Origin: Atractiella rhizophila
Taxonomy: Eukaryota
Direction of reading: 5' to 3'
NCBI GenBank assembly: GCA_021432655.1
Contig: MU271256.1
Coordinates: 1 to 64,000, forward strand
Length of the DNA: 64,000 bases
Shown in pieces: positions 12,603 through 25,480 of this stretch. Numbering within the stretch: the stretch's first letter is position 1; each line of letters opens with the position of its first letter. The notes under the pieces were generated by a model. That model did not search any database. It was not told the origin of the DNA and worked only from the letters and a program-made list of their open reading frames with translations. The position numbers and the translations under genes were made by a program.

Positions 12603-14559
12603 AACTCTTACTTTGGGGGCTTATTTGAGTAGGTAAGGAAACTTTTGTCAAAGTGCCGAAGTCGGTCACTTGACTCAGTCATGGAAGACAACTATTTTTT
12701 ATCCTTTAAATAAGCTTTATTGTATACGGTTGGAAAGGCGCTGACACGCGTATTCTGGTGGTATGCTCAGAATTTTGATGGGGTTGTTGTGCACCAAGAA
12801 GTCAATTGAGTCAGTAAGGAAAACAATTTTTTTTTTCATCTTTCAAATAGGCTTTGTTGTATACGGTTCGAAAGGCGCCGACACGCGTATTCTGATGGTA
12901 TGCTCAGATTACTGGTAGGGTTGTTGTGGGTGGTGAGAGAAGTGCTCAAAAGTACATGTGTGAGTCATGCTAAAACCCGTCGTGTTTTATATATAAGGAT
13001 GAGTTCTACGTTTGTCTTGCTTCCTTATTCCTGCCCCTCACTCTCATTCATCCCTTTTTCTAGTACTGTCATGGTCGCAATTTGGCGCCAGGAATCATCA
13101 GGTAGCGGCCTTGATGACAAGCCACTAGCCCGTGAGGGCGAGTCATCAGCTGGAGCCTCTGAAGATGACTCTGAATCCTCTGAGGGGGAGGTTCTGGAGC
13201 CTACGTCTGTCTTTCTCTTGCTCCGCTCAGACTTCCCATCAATTAGTTCTACCGCAGCGCCGTCACACTCTCCACGACCTGCACAGGAATTAAATCCTCT
13301 CCGCAGAAGCTTAAGCCAGTGAATCCGGAATTGGAGAGACGTCAACTTCAGCAGGATACGAAGCGAAAATAGGGTCTGAGGCGCCGGCCTGTTTCATTCA
13401 TTGAGTACTGGGTACCACATGTATAATAGAAGTGAACATAGGTGTTAGGCTAGAAGTCTGAGTCGGTTCAAAAGAGTTATATTTTAACCCTAAGGCCGCT
13501 TATCAAGCTATCTGCTCTCAGAACGAAGAGAATGAATCTTACAGAGGCGCTTCTATGGCCCGGGGAACTTACCTCGATTCTTACCGCGTTTTCTGCTGTG
13601 AGTGTGAAGCAAGATGATGAGGAATAAGATGAATTTACATTAACAAGTGAGGCCTCTTTTATAGGCCAATGAATCGGATAAAAGATCAAACAACATCGCG
13701 TGAAAACCCGTAATACATGAGTAGGTAGAAATATGGAATAATCAGAAAGCATGGAACGAAGAGGAAGCTGAAGGGAATCAAATGAGTCTCACCAGGGAAT
13801 CTACGGATCTCGCCTTCCAGCTTCTGGACAAGGCTAAGATACCATGCAGTTATCTTCCCTTCTTCTCCCGATCGATTGTACGTGCTTGGCGCCGATAGGA
13901 GAGGTGTAGAGAGACGGGGGAGTTGTGAGGAAGGCAGTGGTCAATGTGACTTCCAAGTTGGGCAGGAGCCGCTTCCAGAATAGGAAGGTATTGCCGTATG
14001 TGAGCGGGTTGACCATTGTATCTCACAACCTGAGAATCCAAGAGACGAGTAAAGGCATCAAAAAACTAATCCTCCTCTAGCGGCTACCACCAGAGACAGT
14101 CTATCGAGGTCGCGATGGGGAACGTCAGTCAGTCAAAAGAATGCACAGTGGAAGGCGATTGTAATTCTGGCGTCATTCCTCTCGTTGCTCTTTCTCCTTC
14201 CCTTCCGAGTCACGTAAGGCATCGACACGGTCCACCGCGGGGGGACACGGGGGTAAACCGTCCCCAAGTCCAGACCGTCATCCGCCCCTATCCTCATAGA
14301 CAGGGACCCATAGCGCCCCGAGAGGAACTGTGCAAGGAGGCGAGGAGCCCACGGGGTTGGCACGGGGGAGCAGCATTTAGCTGAGCCAAAATTCAATGAA
14401 GCAAAGTGGAACATGGTTTGCTCTTTGCAGTAAGCAAAAGAATATCCAATGCAGCTTTCAAAGTTCAGAGAACAAGGAATGGTGATTCCATTGGTATAAG
14501 AGATCTCGCTCTGACCTGGAGAGTGATTTCATGGAGTGAATGTCTTTTCCATAGCGGAC

Positions 14560-15010
14560 GAAATGGAAGCCAGGACGTCAACAATCGCTTAAGCAAAGCT
14601 TACTGCCTTCGTCGGTTGGGAAATATTGATCTTCAATGCAGGAGGAACGATGAAGCGATGGAGCAATTCAAGGAAGCAGAGCAGCTCTATCGGTGTGGAG
14701 TAGATATCTGTAGCAGCTTATTGCCTTGGCAGCATGGTACACATTTTATGTGGATGCGGGAGGAACGATGAAGCCCTGGAGCAAAGGCAGAGCAGCACAC
14801 AAAACCATGAGCTAGATGGTTTCATACATTCGGGTCGTGAGTGGTTTAACCCGGAACTTGAATCCAAGTGAAATGTTTCGTTGCTATGCAAGGGAAAACG
14901 CCTTAATGACCAGCTGAAGATTGAGTCCTGACGCGGAGCCTTTGTAAGCTGCGCTTGAGCAGTTTGAATCTGCAGCTGGTAGCAGCTGGCCAGGGCAAGG
15001 TCAAGCGAGC
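14560..15010 (+). pseudogene. TPR-repeat remnant (possibly from an NLR-type TPR protein)
   Basis: LSKAYCLRRLGNIDLQCRRNDEAMEQFKEAEQLYR, then frameshifted repeats. Confidence 0.55.
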
Positions 15011-15624
15011 GAAGGAATCTTCAACCTTTCTCATAACCACGAGGTTCTCATCAGAAATACCACATCAACATCCTCAGGAATCGAGTTGGTCAGCGATAAA
15101 ACTGCCCTCCCACCAACTCTTGCGTAAGGGATGAAGCGTTGACGTTGAACCCTAGTAGAGCCACTCACATCAAGCCGCTTTGGTTCGTTAACCCGGGGGC
15201 CATTGCTAGATTGATTTTCTTCCACCTGCTTTCCCTCATCCAACTGGTCCATGGTTCAGGCACTCCATATTTTTTTTTCACCTTGCTGGATTAGACAGGT
15301 CTTACAGAATATTTGGGGATGGCATATGGCATGAAAAAAGGGCCAGCACCTACTAGAGTAAGGGACCAGACCAGACCTACCTACCAGACCTAACAATCCA
15401 AACCCAGAAATTTGACTCCTTTTGTTGACTTATAGACAAAGAGGATAATTAGATTGATCAAGGCAGGTTCCTGATAAGAATCAGCGTTTGAGGCATATGT
15501 GAATTTAAATCAGGTCACGTGATATATCTCCGATTTTGGGCGTAGAGCGGAACTCGGACATAACTTTATATAGTACCTACCTTCGGGCAGTTGAATGATC
15601 ACCTGATTGAGCTAGGTCACCTAC

Positions 15625-16849
15625 TGTCAGAGTTTGGCACCGTTTTAAGCTGCATTCGTGCCACTGTCATTTGTAGCTCTAGTTTTCTTTCCCCTTTGCT
15701 GTTTCCCTCATTTTGCCGAGTTCCTTAAGGTATAAAAAGCCCATTGTAACTTCACTGTAATTTATTCCTTTCGACCCAAGGAATCAACAAATGGTAGCGA
15801 GAGGAGTTCGATTTACAAGCACCCGCCACTCGTAGCCACTTGATTAATACAACAGAGGTTGGGTTGACGATCGTCGGATTAAGTGTGGATCCATCACAAT
15901 TCATCTATATCCGAGATTCAGCTACCGGGGCAGCGGCATGGAAGGCTTTGAAAGACAAGTATGAGAAGAACAGCCGCGCAAACCGTATCACGCTTAAACG
16001 CCGTTTCTATAACGCGAAACACGACCCCTCGAAGCCAATTGAGTCCTACGTTCAAGAAGTTTCTGCTAGTGCGTCGAATCTCAAATCGATCGGGCTCCAG
16101 ATCTCCGACACCGATATTACGGATGTCCTCATTTTCAACCTCGCAGAGGACTGCGGGAACCTTGCTGGAACATTAATGGCGACTAAGGAAGAGTTATCAA
16201 TTCAAGATGTTATTGGTGCTCTCAGGGATGAGGAAGGGAGAAGAGGAGGTTCAGGGGAGTCAAGAGGAGGAACTGGGGAGGCACTCCTCACGAACGCGAG
16301 AAGGTTCAGAAGGCGTGATCACTCAAGTTCCGATCGACAAATCAATTGCTGGGTCTGTGGAGACTCCGGACATTTGGCGCGAGATTGTTCCGAGAAGGCA
16401 TTAGCAAAGAAGGATAGTTCGGAAATGCGCATTACTGAGGCATTTTAATTGAGGAGACCTCAAGATCCGTCGAAGTTTGGCGCAAAAGGCGGCTGGGAAT
16501 CAATTGCAAAAGTGTTGCTTTGATCCTTCGACGTTGTGGCATCTGGGGTAAAGAGAATTGCTGGAATAAGGGGGAGTGAGGAGCTTTCAATTGTTATTGA
16601 AGTGTGTTCTCTTTTTTTAAGTTTGTTTCTTTGGTTGGGTACCTTTAGTTCCATCGTGGCACCTCATTTGCTCAAGGGGGAGTTTGTCAGAGTTTGGCAC
16701 CGTTTTAAGCTGCATTCGTGCCACCGTCATTTGTGGCTCTAGTTTTCTTTCCCCTTTGCCGTTTCCCTCATTTTGCCGAGTTCCTTAAGGTATAAAAAGC
16801 CCATTGTAACTTCATTGTAATTTATTCCTTTCGACCCAAGGAATCAACA
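15625..16849 (+). mobile_element. Complete 1225-bp gag-only copia-type LTR element
   Basis: 165-bp LTRs at 15625-15789 and 16685-16849 (TG..CA, 4 transitions), TSD CCTAC, PBS TGGTAGCG at 15792, PPT AAGGGGGAG before the 3' LTR. Confidence 0.95.
15840..16448 (+). CDS. gag: Copia-type Gag with CCHC zinc knuckle
   Basis: AWKALKDKYE...LKRRFYN gag helices and CWVCGDSGHLARDC knuckle; open frame; the ORF-track start codon is TTG. Confidence 0.85.
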   Translation: MINTTEVGLTIVGLSVDPSQFIYIRDSATGAAAWKALKDKYEKNSRANRITLKRRFYNAKHDPSKPIESYVQEVSASASNLKSIGLQISDTDITDVLIFNLAEDCGNLAGTLMATKEELSIQDVIGALRDEEGRRGGSGESRGGTGEALLTNARRFRRRDHSSSDRQINCWVCGDSGHLARDCSEKALAKKDSSEMRITEAF

Positions 16850-16854
16850 CCTAC

Positions 16855-18860
16855 TACCGTCTTGATCTTCTTAAATCCCATATCGACAAGTTCCTTATCG
16901 AGTTTCTTCTGCCATTGACGTCCTCCTTGCCTTGTGCCATAGATGGCCTTGATTAGCTTCAGAACATACTCTGGAGGACCCTGTGGATGACCTTCTGGTT
17001 GTTGTGCATAGACCTCTGCATCCATATCGCCATTAAGGAATGCCGTAGAGATATCCACTGACTCCAACTCCATGTCCAAGACACAAGCGAGCGAAAGGAT
17101 CGTCCTAAGTGTCGCCCATTTGACCGTAGATGCGAAAGTATCAAAGTAGTCGAATCCAGGGCGTTGGGAGAACCCCTTGATGACGAATCTGGCCTTAAAG
17201 CGCTCAATAGAACCATCTGACTTCTTCTTAAGTGCAAACACCCATCGAGGCCCAACGATTTTTGCTCCTTTAGGCAGTTTGACCAGAATCCAACTCTTGT
17301 TGTCCAAGTGAGATTGAATCTCCTTCACTGTCGCTTCATGCCATTCCTTCACATTAGGGCTTGCCATTGCTCTTGAATATGACTGAGGGACCTCTACTCC
17401 TGTTGCTGCACTCATGGCATGCTCTATGACAAGCATATAGCCATATTCCATTGCCTCTGGCTCGGTGAGTATGTCACATTCCTTTACCAACATCCCAAGC
17501 TCATCTGTTGACTCTTCATCGTTGTTTTGAGGCGCTTCTGGTGTCCTAAATCTGTCGACAGGTCGTCCTCTACTCGTAGAATAAATTCTTGAAGGCCGGT
17601 GACAGGGGGAGGTGTCGAAGCAGCTGGAGGAGGTCGATCTGGTGTTGTTGGACGGATCTGGAGGAGATCTGGAGACTCTGAGAATCTAGGCATGTGAACT
17701 CCTGTCCAAGGATCTCTCTGCATGGTGTAGTGATGAGGTGGACGTGTTTTAGGCTATTCAGGTACGAGCTGTAGGGGGTCTGGAGACTGTTCTCTTTCTT
17801 CATCTTCTTCTTCTTCGACCTGAAGGGGCTGAAATCTGTTTGGAGACTGTATTCCAAGCGGTTTGGGTTGTTCCTGAGGTGTAGGAGGTGTTCCTGGCTG
17901 CTGAATCCATCCATCTTCTTCTTCATCGTCGTCTAGCGAAATCCTGGCTGGAGGAGCGGCTGGAGCATTGTTCTGTCCATCTCCCACCTGATCCTGACGC
18001 TCCTTCCACTCATCAAGTGGTCCCTGTGGCTCTTCCAACATAATCTTCTCCTTCCTGACCTTGCAGAGCATCTCTCTCTCATCAAATCTGGCAACATCTC
18101 GAACATAGACCTTCTTTCCAACAGGATCCCAGAACTCCCACCCTTTCGCTGCAAGGGAATAGCCTATAAATGCGCATTTTCGAGTATGAGATCCTAAGCT
18201 GTGTGGCCTTTCATCCTTCTGAACTTGAACGTAGGCAGTGCATCCAATGATTCTGAACCTTGAGATGGTTGGAGTAAGTCCAGTAAGTGTCGTGTGGGGA
18301 ATAGCATGGTTGATCGAAGCTGAGGGAGATCTGTTGCGAATGTGGACGACCGCTGAAGCAATAGATGGCCAGAGAAAGAGTGGGAGTCCAGATTCTTCAA
18401 ACATGGCGACCATAGTTTCCTGAATTGTCCTATTGGCTCGTTCTGCTCTGCCGTTCTGGTGAGGAGAGTTCCTGATTGTCTGTTCGCGCTGGATACCACA
18501 GGCTGTAAGGATCTAAGGCTAGGAGTGGTTGGTGGTCAATAATAAGCACATTAGAGAAGTATGAAGAGACATACCTAGGAGTGGTTGGTGGTCAATAATG
18601 AGCACCAACACTCCTAGGCAGAACTAAACTACATAGTGATGACTCATATGAGTCATAAGAGTCATAAGAGGCAGATGACCAAAACAACACACTACAACTA
18701 ACACAGGCCTTGAGATATTGATTGAATTCTTTGGAGGAATAAGCGCCTTCCTTGTCCTCTCTAAACTTCTTGATCTTCTTCCCAGTGACATTCTCTACCC
18801 AATTCTTGAAGGTCTTGAAGAGTTCTGAGGCCTCTGATCTCTTTGAGAAACATGCCCTGA
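16855..18860 (-). mobile_element. Ty1/copia pol remnant (integrase to RT), truncated at both ends
   Basis: KKIKKFRED..YSS..NSPHQNGRAERANRT (integrase), KCAFIGYS, WVFALKKKSDGSIERFKARFV..VDISTAFLNG (RT). Confidence 0.92.
18504..18703. mobile_element. Solo LTR (200 bp) in the copia integrase, TSD CAGGC
   Basis: caggc|tgtaagg...actaaca|caggc; removal restores YLKACGIQREQT. Confidence 0.9.
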
Positions 18861-19548
18861 CAGTGGATATGGTGCTGAGAAACTCTTCCAATGGTGCTGC
18901 AGTATGATTTTGATCAGTTTGATTTAATAGTCGTTGGGGTATATTCTGTTTTTTTTTGTGTCTCTTCAAAGTTTGCACATTTCACTTTACTATTTTTAGC
19001 CATTGGGTGCTGAATGTCAGCATGTCCACCGTTAATTTTGATACTTCAATACGTATTACTGGCAAGCCTGAGAGCGTTGATACAACTTCGTGATGTGAGA
19101 TAGAGTCTTGAGAACTTTAAGGAATATAGAAGCTTCTGGGACACCCAGCCTTGTTTGCATTGGCGAACACTCACTTCAACTCTCTCACACTGTCAAAGAG
19201 AGCAAGATATTGGACTGTTCCTGAGTTTTGTGTGTTCAGTGCTAACTTGAAGTGTCTGCATGATGGGAGAAAGAGTCTGAGGAGTTCTGTGAGTCTTAAA
19301 TTTATTGACCATGTATGACTGGCAGGAGCCTTCAGCTCAACTCTAGCTTATTTCAGGTCTTCACAGAATTTTTCATGTGAACCTTGACTAAACTGATACC
19401 AAAGTTGCAGTTCTGGGTGGCAGGGAAAGCACAGTACACAGATGCACAGGTACCAACAAAGGGTAATAACAGATTGTCTATGGAAGCAGCACACATTTTC
19501 TGTTTTGCCATGACGTTTAGAGCATTATGACTTAGATCTTATAACCAA

Positions 19549-19620
19549 CAAGTGTGTCAACGGCCTTTGTCCCTCAGGCCCCCAACCCACTTGCAAGGGG
19601 CATGGCCCCTTAAACCCTAA
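19549..19620 (-). mobile_element. 3' terminus of a third, diverged Helitron
   Basis: Plus strand a|caagtgtgtca, hairpin ggcct-N9-aggcc, then ggggcatggcccctt: the same order as the copy A 3' end; 5' end not found. Confidence 0.7.
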
Positions 19621-20699
19621 TGTGACCCTTGTAAGGGTTTGAGTCTAATACAAAACATAATTTTCAACCCTCTCAGAATAAAATTTCCTTGCAGGTTCAA
19701 AAAGGGGCAAGCATATGGGATAAGATGGTATAATACATTTCATTCTATTGTACATAGTGAGGAAGGTGTGAGGGCTCAAAAGAGCGTCTTATGACTCATA
19801 CCAAGAACTAATGAATCTTAGAGGATAGGATTCTAATTCTGGATGCACCTTGAAGGCCATACCTGTATAATATCTACTTAGAGGTATTGATCTAGTATTA
19901 ATATGAGTTGTGTACTATCCAGCTCCAAAAAGATAACCACTATTATACTGCCATTGCTTGTCAGATAATTGTGTCCATAGGAATTGATGGACATTTGCAT
20001 ATTCTCACTTCTTACATCCTACATCACTTTAGTCTTATGACCTTTTCCCCTTTCTCTTTCTTCTTCTATCGCTGATATTTGGCTCAAGGAACGGAAATGG
20101 GCTACAGTGATAATTTCTTACAGATATACAATCCCCTACAGTGTGAGATCATGAGTGCATAGCAACATACGAGACTGCAAGGTGCAAGACCAAAATAAGC
20201 GGTGGGTCTTGCACTTGCAGGACAATTCTTCTTATAGCAAAGAGAGCTGAATAATAAGAAAGTGCAAGCACAAGTGACATAAAGGCTTAAGGCACACCAA
20301 GAGTGATAGAAGGAGGAGGCACACAATGCTCCTGTGGCCCTATCACACTGCAAGTCCCGTCACTTTTGTGGCTTGCATTTGTGTTGTACCATCATCAATG
20401 TCACTAACGCAGTTTGTGGTGGAAGAATGTTCTCATGCTAATCAATCACTCAGAATCTTGAATCCAAAATGGGTACATCACCTCTTGCCTTCCCAACAAA
20501 CGCTCCGTTCCATACACACCGTACCCTATCCGTGCCCGGAGGCATCTCCCAGTTCTGTACCACAGTAACCCCCATGACATTCTATCATATTCTATCATAT
20601 TCTATTCCCTGAGTTGAATATCTGCATTCTTGGTTGAAAGAAAGAACCTACTCATTGCATATACATAATAAGGAGAGAGATCTGAGTGATAATGATAGT

Positions 20700-21415
20700 C
20701 ACTCAACTTGTAATAACAGTTGTGAAGAGCCTGGCAATATTCCTTATCCACAGCTGCGTCCATAAGCTTTGAGATCTCTCCCTTCGGAAATCCGAGGAGA
20801 GAATGTTATACTGCAAGTGTTTGAGAGAGACAAGATGTCTGGCTCGTTGATATGTCATATGTCGCTTGTCAGAAAACTGCGAGCCATTTGCACACCTGAG
20901 CAGTAGTCAGAATTAGAACCTCTGGCATGTAGAAATGTTCAGAGTAGGACAGGTTACACACCTGTTCAACCGAATTCCACTCCTTTTCACTCAGATGCAG
21001 CATGAACGGAAGCTCATGGCGATCTGAATAAGTTTCAATGACATCATTGTATCGAATTCCAAGGTCCAGCATATCGTGGGTCGATTCCCAGCGTGTCTGA
21101 ACATCAAGGATGAGCATGCGTAGGGATTCATCGGAAAGGCTCTCATAGGTCTTCAAAGTATCCTCCAAAAGATCTAACCAGCTCTTTTGATGTTGAGGAG
21201 ATCCACAAACGTGTTTGAGGATGGCTCGGAGCTGTCAGATGATTGAGAAAGAACAGCAGCATCATAGGAGCAACAAGCATACCTTTAGTATCACTCCATT
21301 GTTCAAATCCAATTCTACTTTGTACAATTCCTCCTCACCCAGCTGTGCAGCATTGTCTTGTATGACTGTAGGATCCTCCGTCACACACTCTTGGTACAAT
21401 GCATCCTTAGTGAAA
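20700..21415 (-). pseudogene. hAT transposase remnant
   Basis: LILDVQTRWESTHDML...LSEKEWNSVEQVC; near-identical inverted copy at 46505-46862. Confidence 0.8.
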
Positions 21416-22469
21416 TCTCTTCAGGCTCAGGTTCCATCCTCATATCTTCTTCTTCTCCATCCTCATCTTGATCAGGCAGAAATAGCTGGTTGGGACCTGG
21501 CCAATCCACAGGACCTTCCGGTAGGAGAATGGCATGAATGTGCTTGGCTGCAGCACAGAGATATGCTTTGCGGGCATGCAGTGTTACCTCAGGAACGGAA
21601 GTGACGTGCTGTAGGTGTTTCCACAGGGTTGCAAACATCTTGAGCCTGTCTCGATATCCAACATCCTTGAGGGAGGAAAGGCGGCATCCTGAGATGCTAC
21701 ATGAAAGGGATCATCGTTATCCTCTGCCTGAGAGTCGAGTTGAGTGAGGAGGACAAGGGTCTTCATGTATAAATCTGAGGTTTTCTATATATGCCCAAGT
21801 TCAGCATCAGATCGAACCAGTTCTCTGCTCTGCCAACCATCATCCGAGCTCTACTACCCTACTTGGGCTAGTGCCATACCTGGTAGGGCTAGCCTCATGC
21901 TCATCAGTACAGCTGACAAGTGGCTGGATCCGGACAGGGTGCTCAATGTTGAGTGGCAGAAATAAATTCCGAAGCGAATGTTACCCGTCGTGAAATCTTG
22001 CCTTAGCCGTTTGCCTTAGTTTGCCTATGGTGCGAAGCGCCTAATCCTAACCAAAGTGTCCAATTCTGAAACTCAAAATGCAATACTAACCTTATGGATT
22101 ATCCCTCTCGTAAATATGTTGCTTTAAGGGTCTAGATGGAAACTACAAAGCAGATTTTCAATTGTAGTTCTTCTCGCTGAGAGGTTCTTTTTTTCTGCTC
22201 AGAAATTGGAACAGAAATCAGGTGACTACCGTCCCCGTCATTGTACATGCCGTTTTATGCCAGAACTGACAGCTCCAAGGCAAGAACCTTAACTTTATGT
22301 GAAACATTTGCCCCACCAGGCGGTGTTATATCTGTCCATCCGTCCATCCCAGTCTTTTCCCAGCTTTTCACTCACACATCTCTCCTGTTGCTTCTTTGCC
22401 ACTTTGTGTTTGTAACCCCCCCCTTCACTCTCTTACAGCTCTCTACCACCTAGCACTATTCGGCATCAA

Positions 22470-25400
22470 CATGACCAAGGAGACCCACCAGAAGGTAGGC
22501 TCAACAAAAGCAGCAAGCCCTTCATGCACGACAAGCCAACCTCACAAAGAAGAAAAATGATGTGGCGACAGCAGCAGCAGCACCATTTGCTAATCTTCTT
22601 CCTGGGCTCAGGGTCAATTCACAGGATGTACCAATGGCTGCAGGCCCAGTGATTGGTTCGTCCTTCTCTGCTTTCATGCTCCTTCTCACCTGCTAATGCT
22701 TCTGCCAGTACCGGTTATCAAATCGGTTCACTTTCTCAGGCTTGCCGATTTCATCCTCCAACAGTCCAATTGACCCGGTTCTTCTTTCATGGTATGGCGT
22801 GGAGCGTGAAGGAGATGAAGAGGTGGACCCTGATGAGGAGTGGGAATCAGTGATTGGTGATGATGAAGCTGAAGAGAAAGAGGAGTATTCAGAGGAGGAG
22901 GATATGTGGGACTGGATGCTTGAGGATGAGGTGGTGCCACTGACAAAGAGAGCGTTGAGAGGAGCTCCTCATTGTTCTGGATGAGCTTCCAGGATCTGTT
23001 TATGATGCGTGGATGAAGGAAAAGGATAAAGAACAGTGGGAGGTTGGAGAGGGTTGGTTGAAGAGAGCAAGGACAGCCGGCATCGGATACTCAAAGTTGG
23101 AGCACAAGCAAGGGAGGGCGACAAAATGGAGGCATGAGGAGGAGCAAAAAAAGAGGGTATAGTATGTCTGTTTGTCATTGCTTCAGACTCTGATGCTTCT
23201 TTACAGAAATGGTATAAAGCTAGATGACTTCAGCATTACAATACAGTCTTATGCTCCATCACCGCCATCCCCTACTCCTTCTCCCTCAGTTCCAAACTCT
23301 CTCAATGACAGCTTTGTAGACCTTTCTGATGAAGATAATGAGTATGAAATTGATTGTCAACACCTCCCTGTGTCTTCATCACCTAATTCCCCATCTGCTT
23401 GCACTCAGCTGCATTCCGCCTGGGCTTCTCTCTTCCGTTCCACCTTGACTCAAGGCATGATAACAGATGGAAAGCACTCGAGGACAAAAGATGATGAAGA
23501 CCTGACACTGCCTTGCTACAGAGGTCGCCATTGTAATAAGCACACAAAGGAAGAGAGTGTGAAATGGAAGGAGCAAGAGATGGAGCGGTACAGGAAGCAA
23601 GGAGCAGCAATCGAGAAGTGTCGAGGGAAGGGAAAGTTTGATACGGAGCTGCGGGTAAGGAGAGTGAGTGCACTGCAATCATTTTATAATCTGATGAAGA
23701 GTGGGAAGAGAGGGTGTGTTGAGGCATCAAAGTATGTAGCAAGTGCAACTCATTTTGGTGAGGTGTATGGAGCAAGATGTATTCGGGTGTGGGCAAGACA
23801 TTATGAGGAGACAGGAGAGCTTCCGGTCTCAGACAGAGGTCTGTCTTTAACTTTGACCTTCATTCCTTTACTGATGTGACTACATGACGGCATGTAAAGA
23901 CCTACAGCCTGCTGAATGATGAAAAGCTTTGTGCTGATATGCGTGCAAGGCTCCACGAGCAGAAATGGAATATGGACCCAACAAAGATCCGCAACTATAC
24001 TCTCTCTACACTTATCCCACAGGAGCACCATAAATATGTTCAGACGGACCTGGAACAACAGATGTCGAAAGGACTGAAGCATTACCCTGAAATCTCTGTT
24101 TTTCCTCATATTCAATACAAGCCAGGGAAGCGAGGAATTGCTTTGAGCGCTGCTTGCCAATGGTTGAAAAGGGAAGGTTTTAAGTGGACCAATTAAAAAA
24201 AAGGTCTTTATATTGAGTCAGTGGCTTTATGTCTGCGACGTCAAAAGAGAACCAGACATTTTTTGTAGTGGCCATGAAGGACCAGATGTTGTTCATTACT
24301 GTCACAACATCTTCATTCAGACATGGGAAAGCTTCCTCCCAAGCATGTGTCAATACAACATTGATGATATTGAGAAAGAGATCAATAAAGACCTTCCTTC
24401 TGGTGTTATCGAGGTTGTTGCTGTTTTCCATGATGAGTCCACCTTCACTGCCAATGACGGTTAGCACCATTCACAGTGCTTGGATGGTCAGTCAAAGCTT
24501 CGGAAGAAAGGTGTAGGAAGGGGGATTCATCGGTCTGATTTTATCTGTCCAACTTATGGCTGGCTAGAAGATGCAGGAGAGCAGTTGGAATATTGGAAGG
24601 CCCATGAGAAGCTTATTGAACAGGTATGCTTTTCAGGTTCATCCCTTTGAAGGTGATTTTTTTGCAGGTGGAGAAAAAGTTTATACCAGTTTTCGAGAGA
24701 CTGCATCCTGGGCAGACAGCTCTTGTTGTCTTTGATAATTCCACAGGGCACGGCGCAATGGCAAGTGATGCACTCAATGTAAGGAACATGAACTTGGGGC
24801 CAGAGCAGTTGGTTCTCTTCTTGGCAAATCAATGTTGATGGAATCTTTTGACAGGTGGGAAGCAGCCGGTGATGTGTGATGGGTAGTGGTGTAAGGATGA
24901 TATAAAGGTACCTTAACCAATGATGGATGTACAAGGAGTCCCAAAAGGGATGAGAGCAGTATTGCAGGAGCAAGGTCTCCGGAAGCACGTTGTGGATCAC
25001 ACTGATGACAACATGTGCTGTGCAGGCAAGTTTTGCTTATCACAGTTTGAAGAAGATATCTGAAGTTGTCAAAGAGAGATTGTTGGGCTCTCAACCTGAT
25101 TTTCTTGAACAGAAACCTCAATTGCAGGAGTTGCTTGAGCTTGAAGGACATCATGCCATCTTCCTACCAAAATTTCACTGTGACATCAATTGTATTGAGT
25201 TTGTATGGGGCCATGCAAGGCGATATACACATGGTAAGCACATTGGGCTCCTTATGGTTGATTAATACTGAAGCTGTTTCCAGCACACTGCGATTACACT
25301 TTCGAAGGATTAGCTCGTACAGTTCCAGAAGCCCTGAAGTCTATCAAACTCTCCATAATCAGAAAGTTTGAGCATCACTCTCATGGCTGGATCAGAGTTT

Positions 25401-25480
25401 ACAAGGAGGGGAAGAATGTTATTGATGCTGGATACCAGGTAAAGGAGTATGCCTCACATTGAAGAAGTGTCCAACCATGA
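22470..25480 (+). pseudogene. IS630/Tc1-mariner-like DDE transposase pseudogene, intron-containing
   Basis: VFHDESTF (D1), VFDNSTGH (D2), FLPKFHCDINCIEFVWGHAR (E); many stops and frameshifts; TIRs not found. Confidence 0.75.

Larger units (their letters stand above)
8628..12999 (-). mobile_element. Helitron copy A (internally deleted RepHel)
   Basis: 5' A|TC at 12999; 3' hairpin TGCCC-N9-GGGCA then CTTG|T at 8628; Rep C-terminus (DNRWVVP, KYIFKYVYKG) and Pif1 helicase (GPGGTGKT, WDEA, ALTLNKAQGQ, HGQLYV.LSRV); near-identical to copy B. Confidence 0.95.
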
